DNA from: Thermoprotei archaeon
Lineage (GTDB): Archaea > Thermoproteota > Thermoprotei > Gearchaeales > WAQG01
Direction: 5' to 3'
Assembly (NCBI GenBank): GCA_049976445.1
Contig: JBMFIF010000003.1
Coordinates: 3,629 to 67,628, forward strand
DNA length: 64,000 bases
A program made the position numbers and the translations under genes. The notes under the pieces were generated by a model. That model was not told the origin of the DNA. It ran no database searches and saw only the letters and a program-made list of their open reading frames with translations. This document shows, in pieces, positions 39,172-49,568 of the stretch. Position 1 is the first letter of the stretch, and each line of letters begins with the position of its first letter.

Positions 39172-40134
39172 ATGCATACTAGAAAATTGCAACAAATTGG
39201 TGGCGGCACATTATACTTGTCACTTCCAAAGGATTTAGTTAGACGTTGGAATTTAAAAAAGGGAGATGTAATAAAAATAGAAGAGACTGCGGATGGAAAT
39301 ATTATTCTTTATGTTAAAGAAGAAGGTATGGAGACTGAGGAATCTTACGGCATAATTAATTTAACTTCGTTAGACATAAAATCATTGCAACGTAAGATTT
39401 TAGGAATGTATCTTCTTGGGTATAGTACGATTATTATAAAATCATTTAATGAAATCAACTCTGATATTAGGGATTTTATTAGAAAGACGTGTAGAGATTT
39501 TATTGGGCTTGAAATTATGGAAGAAACCATGAATAGTATCGTATTACAAAGTGTCATTAATATTAGTAATTTGCATCCTTACAAGCTTCTTCAGCGAGCT
39601 AGTTTAATCGCGAATAGTATATATAAGGATGCGCTAAGTAGTATAGTTTCTGGAAATGTTGCTATCGAGCGTTCTATAGCAAGACGTGACGAAGACGTTA
39701 ATAGGTTATATTTTCTAATAGTTAGAGTTCTTAGAACTGCAGCAAGAAATCATAAGATTTTAAGAAAATTTGAAATATCAGACATTGATTTAATGGATCT
39801 TAGATTAGCGTCAAGTTTTATTGAAAATATAGGTGATATAGGTGTAGAAATTGCTTTATTATTGTCAAATGCAAAAGTCTTAAACTATAAAAATGATATA
39901 TTGAAGCTCATTAAATTTTCTGAAATTCTTTCTAAAAAGCAAGATGAAGCTGTTTCTGCATTAATTAATAAAAAAAGCGAATTAGCTGAAAATGTTGTTA
40001 ATGAATTAAAGCTTGTTATTAAAGATCTGGAATATACTATCAAATCTATAAAGAATCAAACAATCGTGCGCATTGCACTTAATTTACGCAGGATTGGGCT
40101 TTCGATAATAGATATTGCTGATTTGGTACTTTAA
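39172..40134 (+). CDS. AbrB-PhoU phosphate-uptake regulator-like protein
   Basis: RKLQQIGGGTLYLSLPK (AbrB) plus RDEDVNRLYF and ENIGD (PhoU repeats). Confidence 0.9.
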   Translation: MHTRKLQQIGGGTLYLSLPKDLVRRWNLKKGDVIKIEETADGNIILYVKEEGMETEESYGIINLTSLDIKSLQRKILGMYLLGYSTIIIKSFNEINSDIRDFIRKTCRDFIGLEIMEETMNSIVLQSVINISNLHPYKLLQRASLIANSIYKDALSSIVSGNVAIERSIARRDEDVNRLYFLIVRVLRTAARNHKILRKFEISDIDLMDLRLASSFIENIGDIGVEIALLLSNAKVLNYKNDILKLIKFSEILSKKQDEAVSALINKKSELAENVVNELKLVIKDLEYTIKSIKNQTIVRIALNLRRIGLSIIDIADLVL

Positions 40135-40193
40135 GATTATTAGGAAATTTTTCGATAACATTATAAATATTTTTGAAGTAAACAATATAGGCT

Positions 40194-41276
40194 ATGACAT
40201 GTAAAACAGCGTTTGTTTATCATGAAATGTATCTAAAGTATGATTTTGGTGAGTGGCATCCGTATAAGCCATATCTTTGGAAACTTACGCTTGAAAAATT
40301 AAAAAACATAGATGTGTTTAACGATCCTAATATTTCTTTAATTGAGGCTTTTATGGCTGACGAAGATTTAATATCACTTGTTCATACTAATGATTATATA
40401 AACTTTGTAAAGCATATGAGCAATCTTGGCTACGGTTATCTTGATTATGGAGATACACCAGCCACTAAAGGAATCTATGAAGGAGCTGCATATCGTGTTG
40501 GAGGATCTGTTATGGCTGCAAAACTCATTGCTAATGGATCATACTTACATGCATTCAATTTTGGTGGTGGACTACATCATGCTAAACCTTCTAACGCAGC
40601 AGGTTTCTGTGTGTTTAACGATATAGCAGTAGCCGTACGTTATCTTCAGAAATTATATAATTACAAGAGAATCGCTATAGTTGATATTGATGGACATCAT
40701 GGTGATGGTACCCAGGAAATATTTTATAATGAAGCAACAACTTTAAAGATCTCTCTTCATAAATATGGTTATGGATTTTATCCAGGAACTGGTTGGTATA
40801 ACGAATTAGGAGCGGGCGAAGGATACGGATATACAGTAAACATACCACTAATAGGATATACAAATGATAATACATACCTTTATGCAATAAATGAAGTAGT
40901 TGTTCCATTGCTAATTTACTACAAGCCAGAAATTATAGTTATGCAGTTTGGTGCTGATGCCCATATAAATGATCCTTTAGTTGGTCTATCATTAACTACA
41001 CGAACATATAGCGAAGTAGCAAAAATAATTCATAAATTAAGTCATGAAATCAGTAACGGTAAGCTCTTAATCCTCGGTGGTGGTGGATATAATCCTGATG
41101 ATACTGCCAGATGTTGGGCACTTGGATTTATAGAGATATCTGGTATAAAAATAGACGAAAAAATAAAAGAAACACTTTATGATAAGATAGATGTTGAAAG
41201 CAATATTTCAAAATTTATCTATGAAATAGTTAGCGAACTGAAAAAGAAACTTCGAGAAATTCATGGAAGTTTTTAA
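40194..41276 (+). CDS. Histone deacetylase family (AcuC-like) protein
   Basis: GGLHHA, GFCVFND, DIDGHHGDG, SLH, YPGTG, GADAH..DPL, GGGGY. Confidence 0.95.
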   Translation: MTCKTAFVYHEMYLKYDFGEWHPYKPYLWKLTLEKLKNIDVFNDPNISLIEAFMADEDLISLVHTNDYINFVKHMSNLGYGYLDYGDTPATKGIYEGAAYRVGGSVMAAKLIANGSYLHAFNFGGGLHHAKPSNAAGFCVFNDIAVAVRYLQKLYNYKRIAIVDIDGHHGDGTQEIFYNEATTLKISLHKYGYGFYPGTGWYNELGAGEGYGYTVNIPLIGYTNDNTYLYAINEVVVPLLIYYKPEIIVMQFGADAHINDPLVGLSLTTRTYSEVAKIIHKLSHEISNGKLLILGGGGYNPDDTARCWALGFIEISGIKIDEKIKETLYDKIDVESNISKFIYEIVSELKKKLREIHGSF

Positions 41277-41448
41277 ATTAAAAAGTTTCTACAGAACAAA
41301 TTGTTACTTTCTTTTAAATTTTTAACTTATATCATTTTATGTTTACATTAAAATTATATCTGAAACACTATTTCCCATGTGAACTGTCATTTATTTTTGT
41401 AACGTTAAGTTTAATTATTATTACAAAGATAAGAATTATGGTGATTTT

Positions 41449-42546
41449 ATGCAAGTTACAGTTTCTGTGATAAAAGCTGATGTTGGAAGCCTTGCTGGTC
41501 ACCATAAAGTTACCGAGGAACAGATAGAGGTAGCTAGGTCAATTTTATCAAAGGGTGTGGAACAAAACATAATATTAGATTACTATGTATTTAATGCAGG
41601 AGATGATCTTGAATTAGTAATGTTACATAGAAAAGGTGAGAACAATTCAGATGTTCATCAACTTGCATGGACAGCTTTTAAAGAAGTTACTGAAAGAGTT
41701 TCTAAAAAGAGAAGGCTTTATGCTGCGGGACAAGATCTTTTGTCTGATTCATTCTCAGGTAATGTCAGAGGATTAGGACCAGGTGTTGCTGAATTAGATT
41801 TTGAACTAAGACCTAGTGAACCGATAATTATTTTTGCAGCTGATAAAACTGAACCTGGAGCATGGAATTATCCTCTCTATAAAGCATTTGCTGATCCATT
41901 CAATACTGCAGGTTTAGTTATTGATCAAGCGATGCATGATGGGTTCGTTTTTCAGGTAATGGATCTTATTGAAGGTAAAGTTGTAGATTTATCTACACCA
42001 GAAGAAAGTTATTCATTATTAGGTTTAATAGGAACCACTGGTAGATATGTTATTTCTAAAGTTTGGAGAAAAGATGGTTTAGTTGCTGCGGCAGCTAGCA
42101 CAACACGTTTATCTCTTATAGCAGGTAGATATGTGGGCAAGGATGATCCAGTATTAATAGTAAGGGCTCAACATGGTTTGCCTGCTGTAGGGGAGTATCT
42201 AGAGGCATTTTCATTTCCACATTTAGTAGCTGGATGGATGCGAGGTAGTCACACAGGGCCACTAATGCCAGTAGGATTAAAAGATTCACGTTGTACAAGA
42301 TTTGATGGGCCGCCTAGAGTTGTGGCTTTAGGCTTTCAAGTAACAGAAGACAAATTGATCGGGCCTGCTGATTTATTTGAAGACGTGGCATTTGATTATA
42401 GTAGAAGACTAGCTATGGAGATTGCAGACTACATGCGACGTAATGGACCGTTTATGCCGCACAGACTTGGGCCTGAAGAAATGGAATACACCACGCTTCC
42501 AAAGATTCTAAAGAAGCTAGAATCACGATTTAGGCCAATCGAGTAA
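41449..42546 (+). CDS. fbp: Bifunctional fructose-1,6-bisphosphate aldolase/phosphatase
   Basis: SVIKADVGS, LYAAGQDLL.DSFSGN, DPFNTAGL, YVGKDDP, GWMRGSH, MEYTT. Confidence 0.97.
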   Translation: MQVTVSVIKADVGSLAGHHKVTEEQIEVARSILSKGVEQNIILDYYVFNAGDDLELVMLHRKGENNSDVHQLAWTAFKEVTERVSKKRRLYAAGQDLLSDSFSGNVRGLGPGVAELDFELRPSEPIIIFAADKTEPGAWNYPLYKAFADPFNTAGLVIDQAMHDGFVFQVMDLIEGKVVDLSTPEESYSLLGLIGTTGRYVISKVWRKDGLVAAAASTTRLSLIAGRYVGKDDPVLIVRAQHGLPAVGEYLEAFSFPHLVAGWMRGSHTGPLMPVGLKDSRCTRFDGPPRVVALGFQVTEDKLIGPADLFEDVAFDYSRRLAMEIADYMRRNGPFMPHRLGPEEMEYTTLPKILKKLESRFRPIE

Positions 42547-42558
42547 GAGGAGCACATT

Positions 42559-43251
42559 ATGCTTTCATATCCATTAATACTAGTTAATTTTAAGAGCTAT
42601 AAAGAGGCATTAGGAAATAAAGCTATTGAATTAGCTAATTATGCTCGTAAAGTTCAAGAGGAGACCGGAATTACTGTTGGAGTTGCGCCTCAGTATATTG
42701 ATTTAAGGGATATATCTAAACTTGGAGTTTTTACGTTTGCACAACATGTTGATCCAATAGAACCTGGTAGTTATACTGGTCATGTAACTTTAGAATCATT
42801 GCATGATGCAGGTGTAACAGGAGTTATAATTAATCATTCAGAGCATAAAATGCTACTATCTGACATAAATTTTATTATAAAAAAAGCTAGACAATTAAAG
42901 TTAATGACAATCGTTTGTGCAGATACTATCGAGACTAGCGTAGCCGTATCTGCGTTAAAGCCTGATATTGTCGCAATAGAACCGCCAGAGCTCATAGGGA
43001 CTGGCCGTGCTGTCTCAAAAGTTAGTCCCGACATTGTAAGAAATGCTGTCGCAGGAATAAGAAGTATAACTAAGGATGTTCATATTTTATGTGGTGCTGG
43101 TATAACTAACGGAGATGATGTGTATGCAGCTATAAAACTTGGGACGGAAGGTGTACTATTAGCTTCAGGTGTTGTAAAAGCTGAAGATCCTTATAAAACA
43201 TTAATGGAGATGGCCATTGCTGCTAAAAAAGCTTATGACGAAAAGCATTAA
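42559..43251 (+). CDS. tpiA: Triosephosphate isomerase (archaeal type)
   Basis: VNFK.Y, INHSE, AIEPPELIGTG, CGAGI, LLASGV. Confidence 0.97.
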   Translation: MLSYPLILVNFKSYKEALGNKAIELANYARKVQEETGITVGVAPQYIDLRDISKLGVFTFAQHVDPIEPGSYTGHVTLESLHDAGVTGVIINHSEHKMLLSDINFIIKKARQLKLMTIVCADTIETSVAVSALKPDIVAIEPPELIGTGRAVSKVSPDIVRNAVAGIRSITKDVHILCGAGITNGDDVYAAIKLGTEGVLLASGVVKAEDPYKTLMEMAIAAKKAYDEKH

Positions 43252-43275
43252 TGATAGTTGAGACTTAATTAATTA

Positions 43276-43352
43276 GGGCCCGTAGCCGAGCATGGATTAA
43301 AGGCGTAGGCCTCCGGAGCCTATTTTCGCGGGTTCAAGTCCCGCCGGGCCCG
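43276..43352 (+). tRNA. tRNA-Arg(CCG)
   Basis: gggcccg...cgggccc-g; anticodon arm taggc-ct-CCG-ga-gccta; gttcaag T-loop. Confidence 0.95.
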
Positions 43353-43437
43353 TTACAATTAAAATCCTTATTCTTGGGATAAGAGACACTAATAGAGCGA
43401 GATTAAAAAAGCTTATTTATTTGTAAAGATTGAGTGT

Positions 43438-43845
43438 ATGGGGAATATAATGCAAAGAATTAAAAGGCTTAATAAGTGGTTGTCAAGGTTCGAGCGATGG
43501 ATTAGTGAGAATCTTCTTTTGGCTATAGCGTATATTGCTGTTATATTAGCTCTTTTTTATGAAAGTGGATTTATACAAATTATTTCTGTTCCTACACCGT
43601 CTTTTGCTTCAGGAGGTGGCGCATTTTCGTATAATATCAACAGACAAACACAGGCTGAAGCTATAATTGTATTTATATTTCTGCTTATAGGTTTTGCTAG
43701 TACATGGACTCTTTATACATACGCATCAAGTAAAGTTCCGAGAGCATCATCAACAAGTGCTATAGTATCACTTATAATTCTGATAATACTGTTTCTAATA
43801 TTATTTCAAATAGCTTATGTAGCAGTCACATCACCAGGCGGATAA
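43438..43845 (+). CDS. Three-TM membrane protein resembling the membrane part of OST3/OST6 oligosaccharyltransferase subunits
   Basis: TM-ESGFI..I..P.P loop-RQTQAEAIIV-TM-TM arrangement. Confidence 0.55.
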   Translation: MGNIMQRIKRLNKWLSRFERWISENLLLAIAYIAVILALFYESGFIQIISVPTPSFASGGGAFSYNINRQTQAEAIIVFIFLLIGFASTWTLYTYASSKVPRASSTSAIVSLIILIILFLILFQIAYVAVTSPGG

Positions 43846-43858
43846 TTTTTTAAGATTT

Positions 43859-44494
43859 TTAATCTTCATAAATAATTTCATAGTTTATTTGCTGTCCTTG
43901 ATATCGTTCTATTGTTATCTGAGTTTTCTCTCCAATTCTCCTTAAATGTATCACGTTCTCAGACCAGAAAAGCGCAGCATTACCCATTACAGGTTCTTCA
44001 TTACCTGTTTTTGGATTACGCCGTATTTGGGTTAATAATATTATAGGTACAGAATACTTTTTTGAAGCATACCCTAAAAGCATCATAACCTTTACTGCCA
44101 GCTTCCAGATTATTAAAGGTGCATATAGATCTGAACTTATCCTATAATATTCTCCTATGTTATCGATGATTATAAGGTCATACTTTAAATAACCATTAAA
44201 AATCATTAAACTTACACGTATTTGATCCTCTATACTTTTCATTTGTATGAAATGTACTTTTGATTTATCTATCAACATATTCATCTGATTTATTTTATAA
44301 AGAATTAGGTGCGGATGTGATGTTACTATGAGTGTAGAGTAACCACTATTCGCATTATTAATACAGAGTTTTAATGCTAAATTTAGTTTATTAGTGTTTG
44401 CTTTACCATAAATTATAGTTAAACCTATTGGTAAACCTCCATTAAGTTTTTCATCAAGCTCTTTTATACCTGTTGGTATTATTTTTTCACCCAC
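43859..44494 (-). CDS. RadB-like RecA-superfamily protein with a degenerate Walker A
   Basis: IPTGIKELDEKLNGGLP, IYGKANTNKL, LIIIDNI..YYR, LLTQIR, EPVMG....WS. Confidence 0.75.
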   Translation of the reverse strand: MGEKIIPTGIKELDEKLNGGLPIGLTIIYGKANTNKLNLALKLCINNANSGYSTLIVTSHPHLILYKINQMNMLIDKSKVHFIQMKSIEDQIRVSLMIFNGYLKYDLIIIDNIGEYYRISSDLYAPLIIWKLAVKVMMLLGYASKKYSVPIILLTQIRRNPKTGNEEPVMGNAALFWSENVIHLRRIGEKTQITIERYQGQQINYEIIYED

Positions 44495-44806
44495 AATTAG
44501 GTATTTTATGTTTAATTAATTAAAGTTATTTTTATTTTTTAGTATCCGTTGCATGATCTTTAGAGTTTTTCATTTCTTATAAGCAAAAGCTCCTTAACCT
44601 TAACTCTTGATCTATCATGAGAGCTTCAGGACTACAGTAACTATACCTATAGTTTGCCTTGTAATATTTATGGTCAGCAGAATTATTTTGAACACAAATG
44701 TTTTCTTAACATGACTAGTTAACAGTAATTTATCTTTTTATAGAACTAATGTTATAAAATTCTATCGTAATTTTAAGTTGGAATGATTGAAGTTCTAAAT
44801 CTGAAT

Positions 44807-45049
44807 TTAATAATATTCTTCAACTATTCTGATTATTTTATTTGTTATCATATCTGATCGTGAAAGGGTTAATTGTGCTAATGCTTTGTCAACTGATTTA
44901 CTTTGACTGATGCTGAAAACTGCATGGCATCTAGGACAGTAATATGAATCGTTATGTTTGAATTTAGGTATTATGTTTTTTACTGGTACACAGCTGCTAA
45001 ATCCACATATTGGGCAACTTACTGCTTCTACAGATGTTTTTATAGACAT
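44807..45049 (-). CDS. Small zinc-ribbon protein
   Basis: CPICG...YYCPRC in 80 aa. Confidence 0.6.
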   Translation of the reverse strand: MSIKTSVEAVSCPICGFSSCVPVKNIIPKFKHNDSYYCPRCHAVFSISQSKSVDKALAQLTLSRSDMITNKIIRIVEEYY

Positions 45050-45218
45050 TATTCTCTAAATGGTTTATTTCTAAATTAGGATTTAAATTGTACCGTTTTT
45101 TACAGTTTTGTATTACTTAGGTATTGCTTTAGTTATACCTAGGTTACATAGAATTATCGAATGTAATGATGTATAGAAATATTTATAATTATTTGTAAGA
45201 TAAAGAATATGATACTGC

Positions 45219-45725
45219 ATGTGGTTAAGCTTACTTTGGGCTCCGTGGAGATTTAAGTATATACTGCAGGTTAGTAAAAATAGTTCTGAATGTTTTCTTT
45301 GTGAAGCAATAAAAAATGGTGTGTCATCCCAAACATTAGTTGTTTATGAGAGTAAACATTCGTTCATAATACTTAATAGATATCCTTATAATTCTGGTCA
45401 TTTAATGGTTGCGCCTATCAGACATGTTTCTCAATTGGAAGAATTAAATCATGATGAATTGGTTGATCTTATTGAAACATCTATTATTGCTAAAAAAGCA
45501 CTTGATATTTCTTATAAACCTGATGGATTTAATATAGGGTTAAATATTGGTAAAGCTGGTGGTGCTGGATTAGAGACTCATATACACCTTCACATAGTAC
45601 CACGTTGGGTTGGTGATACAAATTTTATGACGACGGTATCAGAAACTAAAGTTTTACCGGAACTTTTAGAAGATTCGTATAAACGCATAAGTGATGCAAT
45701 AAAAATTTTAACAGCTTCACATTAA
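45219..45725 (+). CDS. HIT family hydrolase (Ap4A phosphorylase-like)
   Basis: LWAPWR, CFLC, LNRYPYNSGHLM, HIHLHIVPRW.GD.NFM. Confidence 0.95.
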   Translation: MWLSLLWAPWRFKYILQVSKNSSECFLCEAIKNGVSSQTLVVYESKHSFIILNRYPYNSGHLMVAPIRHVSQLEELNHDELVDLIETSIIAKKALDISYKPDGFNIGLNIGKAGGAGLETHIHLHIVPRWVGDTNFMTTVSETKVLPELLEDSYKRISDAIKILTASH

Positions 45726-45836
45726 TACATTCTTTAATCAAAGAGGAACTTGATAATAATCTTACATTATCGTAAAGTTTAGGATTATTTTAAAAAATAT
45801 TAAGAGCTAATTTTGATATTTTAAAGAGAGAAATTT

Positions 45837-47474
45837 TTACAATTGTATTTTGATGATAGGAATAATTAAGAGTGATAATAATGCTAATATAATTGTTACA
45901 ATAACTAAAAATGTGCTTTTTACTGTTAAGTCTTTAGCTTTAGATATTAATAGTGAGATCCCAAATGATACTTCAATAACAATAATCTTGATGTTGTCCA
46001 TCATAACATTTAAATCGTAATATTGCATAGATTGCATCAGACTAAGGGAACTATTCCACATCATTGCGTTTATATTTGAAAGAGTATATGTTAACGTGAT
46101 CATTATAGTGAGTATTATAGGTGTTAATAATGCTAAGATTTCATAGAGTTTAAGACTACTTTTTGCTTCAGCCTGACTCTCTTGAACATATATTATGTAT
46201 TCACGTATTCTTTCGATAATCATAGGTGTTCCCCCACCTCGTGCATTAAGTTCTCCGATCACATACAATACGTTTTTAAATAACCTGCTTTTGCATTTAG
46301 GAACGGTTTGATTCAGAGGTATGCCCATGTTCATTTGACTTGTTAAATCATCAAGAATATAATCAACTCTAGAACCAAATCCCCTAAGTTTAGCTATTGC
46401 TTGATCTAGTGAAATGCCAGCTTTTCTAGCATCTGTTAATGATAGTAAGAATGCCGGAAGCCAACGCTCTTCTTCATCGATTTCTTTTAATAATTTTCTT
46501 GTAGGAATATAAATTATTAATGAACTAACAAATATAGCGATACCTAACGATATCCATAGAGTAAAAAATTGAAAAATAATCATGAACGTTAAAATTCCTG
46601 CTAAAATTCCCCAAACAGGGTTTACATTTATAATATTTTTATCAGAGGGAGATGACATATCCATCAATAAAATAGACAGAATTGTGGATAATGGTATGAT
46701 TATAATACCTGTTATCATTATAAATAATACTGCATTACTAGGAAACATGATTGCAGTTATTAAATTTAGAGCACTAGTAAGCAGAAATACTGAAAGCAAC
46801 AATTCGCCCCAATCACTAGCATGTTTAGAATACGATATCCAGCGTTGTTTATATTTATTCAGAAATTCTTTCATTTTATCTTCTAAATATTTGCTTAACT
46901 CACCACCACTTTTTATTATGCTTGTTATTCCTAACATATAGCGTTCCCATTCTTTTGATGGATGATTCACACTGTTTGTGTCTATTGATTCAAAAATGTT
47001 ACCAAAAAATAGTATAGTATCTCTGATGATCTTTTTTGCTTCTTTACTAATGTATTGAAATTCATCACGTTCAGAAATTTCATAAAGAACATCAGCTAGT
47101 CTAACACCTAATTCACCTACTGTCGCCATAAACATTGAAAAAAGGGGGAGTTCATCACTAACACCCTTTTTCCTCATTATTATTTTACTGTATATACTAA
47201 CTTCATACAATGATAATAAAATAAACGGCAATAATAGAACAAAAAGAGCAATGAAAATATTATAGTAATAAAATAATATTGAAAAGCAACAAAATGATAT
47301 TATTGAAGCTAAAAATAAATTTCGCATAATGTTACGAACATAATTATTTAGATCAACATATAATAAAGCTTTGTCAATTGATCTTTTTATATGTAAATAA
47401 TATTGCGTGAAGAGTTTATTTTTCATAAATTTATTCAATAAATTATCAAATAATTTATCCACTATGTTCACCAT
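45837..47474 (-). CDS. Type IV pilus membrane platform protein (TadC/ArlJ-like, two T2SSF domains)
   Basis: DELPLFSMFM, SIIKSGGEL..YL, LPAFL..L.DA..AG.SL; multiple TMs; follows the ATPase. Confidence 0.88.
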   Translation of the reverse strand: MVNIVDKLFDNLLNKFMKNKLFTQYYLHIKRSIDKALLYVDLNNYVRNIMRNLFLASIISFCCFSILFYYYNIFIALFVLLLPFILLSLYEVSIYSKIIMRKKGVSDELPLFSMFMATVGELGVRLADVLYEISERDEFQYISKEAKKIIRDTILFFGNIFESIDTNSVNHPSKEWERYMLGITSIIKSGGELSKYLEDKMKEFLNKYKQRWISYSKHASDWGELLLSVFLLTSALNLITAIMFPSNAVLFIMITGIIIIPLSTILSILLMDMSSPSDKNIINVNPVWGILAGILTFMIIFQFFTLWISLGIAIFVSSLIIYIPTRKLLKEIDEEERWLPAFLLSLTDARKAGISLDQAIAKLRGFGSRVDYILDDLTSQMNMGIPLNQTVPKCKSRLFKNVLYVIGELNARGGGTPMIIERIREYIIYVQESQAEAKSSLKLYEILALLTPIILTIMITLTYTLSNINAMMWNSSLSLMQSMQYYDLNVMMDNIKIIVIEVSFGISLLISKAKDLTVKSTFLVIVTIILALLSLLIIPIIKIQL

Positions 47475-49050
47475 ATAATTTTATTGAGATCTCTTCTAGC
47501 ATTTCGTTTTTATTATTAAATGATTTTACTGATAGGTTTTGTAGTATGTTTTTTCTTCTTTCCAATTCAGAAACCATATACTCTTTGCTCCAACCCTTAA
47601 TATTGGCTATTCGTTTCATTACATTACTTATCTCAACTAGTTTTTCTGTTGTTAAATCGGTTCCATATTCGTATATTACTTTTGGTATAATATTTGTGCT
47701 TGATTCTTCATATAGTTCTTCTATGGAATAAAGTACTCTATAACCAGGATTAATCTCTCTCATGTTAATAAACGCTGAAATCAATAGTATAAAGCTTGGT
47801 TCAATATTAAGTGGAGGACTCTTTAGTCTAAGAATTGCGGACCTAGCACTATCTGCATGAAATGTTGTTAAACCACCATGTCCAGATGCTACTGCATGAA
47901 CTAATGCTTGGGCTTCACGACCTCTAACCTCTCCTACTATGAGCAAATCTGGTCTTCGTCTCCATGCAAATTTAGTGAGCTCAAACAAATCAATCTCACT
48001 TACTTCTTCACCGGGTAACGCCTTCCTTGAAACTAACCTATCCCATTGAGAATGTGGCGCAAGGATTTCCGGAGTATCTTCCACAGTTACTATTTTCCAA
48101 TCAAGTGGCACAAGTTCTAATAGTGCATTAAGCATAGTAGTTTTACCAGATGCTGTAGGCCCTAAAATAAAAATACATCCACGTGTTTCTAAAATTAACG
48201 ACAAATATGCAGTAGTAAGAGGAGTAATACTATTTTGTTTAATAAGATCAACAATCGATAATCTTTTAGATGGAAACTTTCTTATAGTAAAACTATGTCC
48301 CCATGGTGTCACTTCATTACTATACGTTACAGCAGCTCGGTGACCTTCTGGAAGTAGTACATCAGAAATTGGCATTGCAAATGATAAATATCCTTTACCA
48401 CGTTGAACTATTTTTTGCACTACTAAAAACGCTTCAGTCTCATCAAGTATTATGTTCGTGGGTATCCATTTCTTATAATTAGAGACTATTCTATGGACGA
48501 CATAGACTGGCTTATTAGGACCAATCATGGAAAGCTCCTCAACATATTCATCTCTTAAAAGAACATTTAACGGACCATATCCAAAAACATCTCTCTGAAC
48601 ATAATACATAAATGCAGGAAAGAACTCTAGACTTTTATCATTATCAATCTTTAAAGATTTAATAGCATTCCAAATAAGTTCTTCAACATATTTTTTAAGA
48701 TCATCATGCATATTCTTAATAAAAGGTTCTGGTTGTGCTGAGTAATATATATACTCAATAATTTTTACTATACTAGCCTTTGCTTCATCAGAAAGCTCTG
48801 GCTCTTTCACAGCATATAAATTAGGATAAACAATGACTGATGCGGAATCTATTTGATAATTGATGATAGGATCTTGAGATTCAAAAATCATTTCATCTTG
48901 CCCAAGAATCTTCACTGAACCCCATTTCCAAACACGTCTCATTACCTTGTTAATATTATCATCTTTATTCTCATTTTTACTAAATTTTTGTAAAAAAATT
49001 AATTTTATTTTCTTCATGAATACCAGCCTGAAATCATTGAGCCACAACAT
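47455..49050 (-). CDS. Type IV pilus/secretion ATPase (VirB11/ArlI family)
   Basis: RDVFGYGPL, FTIRKF, GPTASGKTT, VEDTPE, RPD..IVGEVRGRE, SGH...TTFHA. Confidence 0.95.
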   Translation of the reverse strand: MLWLNDFRLVFMKKIKLIFLQKFSKNENKDDNINKVMRRVWKWGSVKILGQDEMIFESQDPIINYQIDSASVIVYPNLYAVKEPELSDEAKASIVKIIEYIYYSAQPEPFIKNMHDDLKKYVEELIWNAIKSLKIDNDKSLEFFPAFMYYVQRDVFGYGPLNVLLRDEYVEELSMIGPNKPVYVVHRIVSNYKKWIPTNIILDETEAFLVVQKIVQRGKGYLSFAMPISDVLLPEGHRAAVTYSNEVTPWGHSFTIRKFPSKRLSIVDLIKQNSITPLTTAYLSLILETRGCIFILGPTASGKTTMLNALLELVPLDWKIVTVEDTPEILAPHSQWDRLVSRKALPGEEVSEIDLFELTKFAWRRRPDLLIVGEVRGREAQALVHAVASGHGGLTTFHADSARSAILRLKSPPLNIEPSFILLISAFINMREINPGYRVLYSIEELYEESSTNIIPKVIYEYGTDLTTEKLVEISNVMKRIANIKGWSKEYMVSELERRKNILQNLSVKSFNNKNEMLEEISIKLYGEHSG

Positions 49051-49483
49051 TTACTGATACTGTTGTATTTTGATTATTCACATGAGTGAATTGTAATACA
49101 ATCAAATATTTTTGACCAGAATAGAAAGTTCCAGAAACAATTTGCGATATACTTTTCTGTTCACCCGAAAGGATGGAAACGTTTTTTATTGTTGTTACAT
49201 TCACAGGAGTACTAGCTTGACTATAGATAGTAATTTTGGTAAGATTAGCATCGTATGTGCCTTGATTTTGGATTGTTAATTGTAGAAGTGCTGCTTTATT
49301 TCCTTGGAATGTTGTTAATGATGCATCGCTTATGAAGATTAGTGATTTGTTTGTTATATTAGATGCAGATGTGAATAGTGTTCTATAGACCATAAAGGAT
49401 CCTGCTATTGCTATTCCTATTAGTAATAGGGCTGCAATTATTGTATCGGCTCCTCCCCTTTTGTTTTTATATACTTTTCTCAT
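49034..49483 (-). CDS. Archaeal type IV pilin (class III signal peptide)
   Basis: KNKRG^GADTIIAALLLIGIAIAG; I.NQG motif; several N-x-T/S sequons. Confidence 0.88.
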   Translation of the reverse strand: MRKVYKNKRGGADTIIAALLLIGIAIAGSFMVYRTLFTSASNITNKSLIFISDASLTTFQGNKAALLQLTIQNQGTYDANLTKITIYSQASTPVNVTTIKNVSILSGEQKSISQIVSGTFYSGQKYLIVLQFTHVNNQNTTVSVNVVAQ

Positions 49484-49568
49484 AGTTTCGTCATTAGTAT
49501 TTGTGTTGAATGTTTTAAAAGTATCACTTAGATAATAAATGTGTTTTTTATGATGGAGAGATGTTTAG

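Noticed and set aside
44500..44800. 300-bp intergenic gap as a possible gene relic
   Set aside because: The frames translated by hand gave only short peptides with no recognisable motif
45837..49483. Archaellum operon
   Set aside because: No ArlH/ArlF/ArlG neighbours, and the filament protein looks like a pilin rather than an archaellin
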